Source of the DNA: Schizosaccharomyces osmophilus
Lineage: Eukaryota
Reading direction: 5' to 3'
Assembly (NCBI RefSeq): GCF_027921745.1
Contig: NC_079240.1
Coordinates: forward strand, 1,054,001-1,118,000
DNA: 64,000 nucleotides
Position 1 is the stretch's first letter. Each line of letters opens with the position of its first letter. Below are positions 59,370 through 64,000 of this stretch, in pieces. The notes under the pieces are model-generated. The model did not search any database. It saw only the letters and a program-made list of their open reading frames with translations, and was not told where the DNA came from. A program made the translations under genes and the position numbers.

Positions 59370-59765
59370 TATCAACGGACATGGATCCCGATGCAGCTTG
59401 CATGGCAATAGAAAAATCGTCAGCAGATTAAGTACTATTCGACCATGGAACATGGAAAATAACCCTTTGATAAACATTATCAAAAAGATAAATCGACCTA
59501 CCAACTCCACCAAAAAACCAATTTTTTAATACCTATTCGTTTCGATTTTCTTCAAATTTATCCAAATTTGATTATGAAACCCAAATTTTATAACTTTGAT
59601 GTCCAATATGACTTTTAGGAAGTGTGGGAACTATGTTGCATATAAGAAGAAAGCCAGCATAAATTTGATGATTGTGACTTGGTTGATGTAAAAACCCTGA
59701 TGAAACTCCTAAACATTGAATTCGATAGTTATTCACGCAAATAAGAATACTGGGTGGGTAAATAA
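59370..59765 (+). pseudogene. Stop-interrupted protein-like frame, possibly a Tf-type Gag relic
   Basis: About 130 codons in one frame with 5 internal TAA/TAG stops; patchy resemblance to recalled Tf2 Gag (WIPMQL~WRPENL, GK*PFD..KDKSTY~GKFDPNKDVESY, YPNL~YPSL, YSRK*EYW~YSLRK..NYW). Confidence 0.3.
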
Positions 59766-60088
59766 AAAATGAAAAACACCATGAAGCGGTATACCAAAGG
59801 AGATAATGTAAGTATAGAGAGATGTTTCTTTTTTATTAGATATTGTTTCGTATTACAAGAGATGAGATACATGTATAAGAAATGGTTTACGCAAAATAAT
59901 AAAAAAGATTAAGACCGAATTATCATCATTTGTTATTTTCATGTGAGGAGAGTCAGAAGAGGGGAGGAGAGGGGAAAAATACGGAGGTAAGTTTAAATTT
60001 TTTTTTTTTTTGCGCAAAAGAATGGAAAGCTTGAACGGCTTTTCCCTTTCTCTCCATCATAACTAAAATTCCATAACTTTCCATCTCT

Positions 60089-60169
60089 TATACACTATAT
60101 ACACTATATACACTATATACACTGTACTGTCTTTTCTTCCATAATCCCACATGCCCACATGCCCACATG
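60089..60169. repeat. Two adjacent short tandem repeats: (TATACACTA)x4 at 60089-60124 and (CCCACATG)x3 at 60146-60169
   Basis: Directly visible in the sequence; last unit of the first repeat ends in G. Confidence 0.9.
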
Positions 60170-60179
60170 CTTAAAAGAA

Positions 60180-61000
60180 AACATAAGGTTCTTGTAATTC
60201 CTTTGAAGTCATTTAATTACAAGTATCTTTCGTACATCGTTCCAATAACCTATATCTAATTATTTTGTTGATGACTTACTATTCTAAGTTTTCCAATGCA
60301 AACAATTTCGGTAATGAGGAGAACTACCGACTCCCTTTTTCGGGTTTCATTTTGTATTTTGTATCGACTTTTTACTTAATTTAAAATATTTAAGCAGTAT
60401 TAACTTTAGTAACCGGTGGATGACATATACGATTAAGTCTATAACCTGTAATGGTCACATCGCTTGTGGATATACCTAGGTACAGACCTTTTTTGATATG
60501 TTGTTTCAATGAGTTGAATCAACCAACATATACATTGCACTTATTAACCTAAATAGCCTTCACTATAAATGGTCGAGTGAACCAGTTCTAACCAGATCTT
60601 GTATTCTTACTGATGATAAATTAGCCTTCCAAAATTAGCGATTGATTTTCCGTGTTCTTCGGTTTACATTTGCACTTGTCAGTAGCATCCCTGCTTCGAA
60701 AACGTTATCACAAATGATGTTCGCTTAAGAAATCGTTGATGTTTTATGAGTGAACGACGAATGTTACACCTTCCATACTGATTGCAAGCATTAATAATGA
60801 TGCTATTGCCATTTATATAAGGCCCTGGTAAAATACATTATTATTGTATATTACTTTCGCTTAAGCTTCATCCATAATATCTTTACGTAATGAACATTTG
60901 ATTTCGAGTGCTGCAAAAAAGGACAAGCAAGCAAATACTTGGCTCATAAAGTAACAAAATATAGAGTGCAACCCTCAAAACATCTATCATTGTGTACGAT
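60180..61000 (+). mobile_element. Highly degenerate Tf1/Tf2-like (Ty3/gypsy) pol relic (protease end / reverse transcriptase)
   Basis: EENYRLP at 60316-60336 (recalled Tf2: QENYRLP), in-frame HIRLS*PVM with PVM at 60445, 42 codons after ENYRLP as in recalled Tf2; DDKLAFQ near 60612 (Tf2 DEHKLAFR); weaker CFMSE (~CYMDD) and KYLAHKV; many stops and frameshifts; boundaries approximate. Confidence 0.55.
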
Positions 61001-61578
61001 GCAAACAGACGTACAAGTGCTCCACTTCTAATGCATAATACTTGTAATTTGGTAGTATATATTCAGTTCTCTACCTCTGATGAGGGAACGAACTTTACAA
61101 ATAAATGTTCCTGGGGCGTACACAAAATGATATAAATATTGGCAATAATGATTGGTGTTACCGATCTTGTTTATGATACGCAAAAGATTGGATAAGCTCT
61201 TCCAACAAGTAAGAAACTAAAATTACTCATTGAATCAATTCAAAAGGTTTAATGTTGTTGCTTTAAACAAACATACTCCGAGTGAGAGCGAAAATGAAAA
61301 TGTGTTGTAGTGTCCATCTTATTGTTCGTTTTTTGATTAGTATACATTTTCACCGCTAAGCCAATGGTCATTGTTATATGTATAAAATTTAGTACGTTAT
61401 TATATGTTTTCGTGGATGTACTAACAAGTGGACCATCGTTCTCTGTTTAGCGTATAAATCGCCGTTTACTTTCAACAATAACAGACAAAACAACAATTTA
61501 TTTTTCGGGACAAGAAATAATGAAAGGTAAAGGGCTATTAAGCCTTAGATTGACATCAGTGACTGACTGATCATCCAA

Positions 61579-61651
61579 GTCGCAATGGTGTAGTTGGGAG
61601 CATGACAGACTGAAGATCTGTTGGTCACTGGTTCGATCCCGGTTTGTGACA
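61579..61651 (+). tRNA. tRNA-Phe(GAA)
   Basis: GTCGCAA/TTGTGAC acceptor stem, anticodon arm ACAGA-CT-GAA-GA-TCTGT, GGTTCGATCCC, T-run. Confidence 0.96.
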
Positions 61652-62075
61652 AATTTTTTCTTTTTTTTTTTTCATCACATTGAGCTGAACAATACTTTGC
61701 TCTTGCTCATGTTGTATTGGAGTCATCGTCCGGTGATTAAGTAAATTGATGAAACCGACTACTTGAGGCAAATCCAGTTCAACGACCGGGAAGAAAAAGC
61801 TAATCAAAAAGGTTAAAAGATATTGGAATTAAGAAAAGTTGTGCATTTCAACTTAATTATCGAGAAACTAAATCGAAAATGATTAGAGCATTCATTTGAC
61901 GGGGAAAACTTCAGAAACCTAATATAGATTCCTGATATTTCCTTCTTATGTATTATATTTTTGATTTTTTTCCGCTTTTCTAATCCTATTTTATATTTAG
62001 CATCATGAATCAAACAAAGAATATAATCACACAAAATCACGATACTTTTCAGATAAATATAAAAAAGGATAATTA

Positions 62076-62147
62076 TTCCGTCAGGGGGAATCGAACCCCC
62101 GCCGCATCGGTGAGAGCGATGAATCCTAGCCACTGGACCATGACGGA
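62076..62147 (-). tRNA. tRNA-Glu(CTC)
   Basis: Reverse complement TCCGTCATGGTCCAGTGGCTAGGATTCATCGCTCTCACCGATGCGGCGGGGGTTCGATTCCCCCTGACGGAA. Confidence 0.96.
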
Positions 62148-62666
62148 TTTCTTACAATCCAGATGTAAGAAGAAACTTACAATTGGCAAACATAATTATC
62201 TGATCGAAATTAAGTTGATTCATGCACGAAGAGTTAATATGTAGTAGATAGATACATTCCTGGTGGTAACCGAAATGAAAAAAATGGTTTCTGGTCTTTA
62301 CAATAAATTTCATCAAATTTAATATAACTTTTTTATTTTATTTTATTTTATTCTACTAACTTTGCTCCATGCAGAAAGCAATCCCATCTAGAACTTCGTA
62401 TCGTCCATCAAAGATTATAATAAAAAGGTATGCGTAAATAGAAACAAGTAGCGATGCAAAAAAAAAAAAAAAGAAACAGAAACCGTAGAGACAATTAAAC
62501 AACAAGAGGTCAGTAAAAGAGTAGTAGAACTTGTAAGAATATAGAATCAAAGTTATTTACTGACCAAGTAATTTTGCAACAATATCATTTGAAAATGACA
62601 ATGAAAATGAATGAAGAAAATCAAATATGGAAAGAGAAAAAGAAAAAGAAAGAAAAAGAAAAATTT

Positions 62667-62775
62667 TGACCAGTGAGGGATTCGAACCCTCGCATCTTTC
62701 GATATAGCAAGACTTGATTGAACAGTCCAAGTTTTCACTTGAGTGCTACGCCATAGACCGCTCGGCCAACTGGCC
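62667..62775 (-). tRNA. tRNA-Leu(CAA) with 27-nt intron (62711-62737)
   Basis: GGCCAGT/ACTGGTC stem, TAGCA-CT-CAA-G[intron]T-TGCTA, long variable arm ATCGAAAGAT, GGTTCGAATCC. Confidence 0.94.
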
Positions 62776-63535
62776 ATTGGATGACTGCTCTTTACTTAAA
62801 AAATATATTAGCGACTTTCTACCTTTTTATTTTTTATTTTTTATTTTTGTTTTTAATTTTTTTGGGGGACTATCTCATATCTTACCTGCGATCATCCAAT
62901 GCAACAACCCATCAACCACCTACCACCTACCACCTGCTAAATACTGTTACTTTCTTTCTGCCTTTCGTAACGTACTTATCAAATAGAAACGAATTTTTAC
63001 AATATGAATTGATTTTTTATTCGTCGGTTCCTCCTTCTTGAAAATAAAACAATTGTAATAAAACAAAAAAAAAAGAAAAAAATGAATTTCTTCTTGCATA
63101 CGATGGTGATTCTGCTTTATTTTTTTCCCCTTTTTTTTTTTTTTTTGTTTTTTCACCAGTTGACTGATGATGATAGCTCATAGATAACACAGCATAGAAA
63201 ACAGCTACAGCTATTATGACTATACTATCGCTCGAAAAAAAATCCTGTTCCTCATTTCTTCTACTGTATTTACATACAATCACTGCAAAGCTTTAACAAT
63301 CAGTGACAGTGCAAGTATTATGGGAACTTACTTACATAGATGCAAAGAAAAGAAAATTCTGTAAAAGTAACAGCAACAACGATTTAAGAAGATAGGTATG
63401 AAGACTACACTAAACTCGAATTATTTTGATTTTAATTTTCATTTTAATTTTTATCCGTAATTATCAATAATGAAAAAGAGCTTCGCAGGATTAGATAGTA
63501 GTGAATATATTTTTAATGGTAAGCATCATAACAAG

Positions 63536-63619
63536 TCCCGGGTAGCTCAATCGGTTTAGAGCGTCTGACTCTTATGAAAGGTCATCAGAAGGTTGCGAGT
63601 TCGAGTCTCGCCTTGGGAG
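63536..63619 (+). tRNA. tRNA-Lys(CTT) with 9-nt intron
   Basis: TCCCGGG/CTTGGGA stem, TCTGA-CT-CTT-A[tgaaaggtc]A-TCAGA, GAGTTCGAGTCTC, T-run. Confidence 0.94.
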
Positions 63620-63808
63620 TTCCTTTTTTATTTCTCATCATAGCCAACTATAATAATTTGCATTTATAGAGTACTAAGTAATAAGCTAATCAAGATGATA
63701 TTTAGGATAAGCAAAGTGGAGACATTTCAAAGGCCATAGATGGATATAAAAAGAAGGGTAAAATTAAATAAAAAGAAAAGCAAAAAATTGAAAGAGGAAA
63801 AAAGATAT

Positions 63809-63881
63809 TGACCCCGCCAGGAGTCGAACCTGGAATCTCCTGATCCGTAGTCAGGCGCCTTGACCATTGGGCCACGAGGCC
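63809..63881 (-). tRNA. tRNA-Arg(ACG)
   Basis: Reverse complement GGCCTCGTGGCCCAATGGTCAAGGCGCCTGACTACGGATCAGGAGATTCCAGGTTCGACTCCTGGCGGGGTCA. Confidence 0.96.
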
Positions 63882-64000
63882 TTCGTTAGTAACATTGTTA
63901 CAGTATAAAATTATATTATACATAAAATAATAATTCTATTGAAATAAAAAACTTCCTTCTGCTTGTCTAAATCCAATTAACCGATTTTTGGGCATTACCT

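Noticed and set aside
59370..59410. YQRTWIPMQLA resembles the APSES/KilA-N motif YQGTWIP
   Set aside because: Only a short peptide match; the flanks do not fit the domain
61625..63923. Several 60-106-aa ORFs in the tRNA cluster
   Set aside because: They overlap tRNA genes or A/T homopolymer spacers; not protein-coding
1..64000. CRISPR arrays, rRNA/5S genes, wtf meiotic drivers, intact transposons
   Set aside because: None seen: eukaryotic gene-dense DNA with no regular repeat-spacer array, no 5S sequence recognised, no multi-exon wtf-like gene, and no intact Pol or transposase ORF

Overview
Fission-yeast (Schizosaccharomyces) genomic DNA, not S. pombe itself; most likely the S. octosporus/cryophilus/osmophilus clade, but the species cannot be fixed from the sequence. 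Positions 0.3-57.5 kb are a compact run of about 30 conserved genes, many with short GT..AG introns that the ORF track splits or misses. By my recollection the order matches the S. pombe chromosome III block beside cen3 (SPCC550 / SPCP25A2 / SPCC4B3): atd3, pex32, GNAT, amidase, hsp10, nse1, gpi2, ski2, cwf5, coa4, tho1, rhp26, tum1, got1, mam301, nte1, hem12, nro1, lsg1, mrpl12, ipk1, BolA, set9, MATE, cwf20, mid1, tip41, cbp3, cmc1, ppc1. After ppc1 comes about 4 kb without intact genes and then a tRNA cluster (Phe, Glu, Leu, Lys, Arg) typical of a centromere edge. Best leads: (1) an unrecognised spliced small membrane-protein gene at 19305-19601 with forkhead/FLEX and CRE motifs upstream; (2) a heavily decayed Tf-like (Ty3/gypsy) retrotransposon relic at about 59.35-61.0 kb just outside the tRNA cluster; (3) a 54-bp loopless palindrome centred on back-to-back CCAAT boxes upstream of the aldehyde dehydrogenase; (4) apparent absence of the FMN-reductase gene that lies between hem12 and nro1 in S. 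pombe. Gene names come from recalled S. pombe orthologues and synteny; no database search was run.
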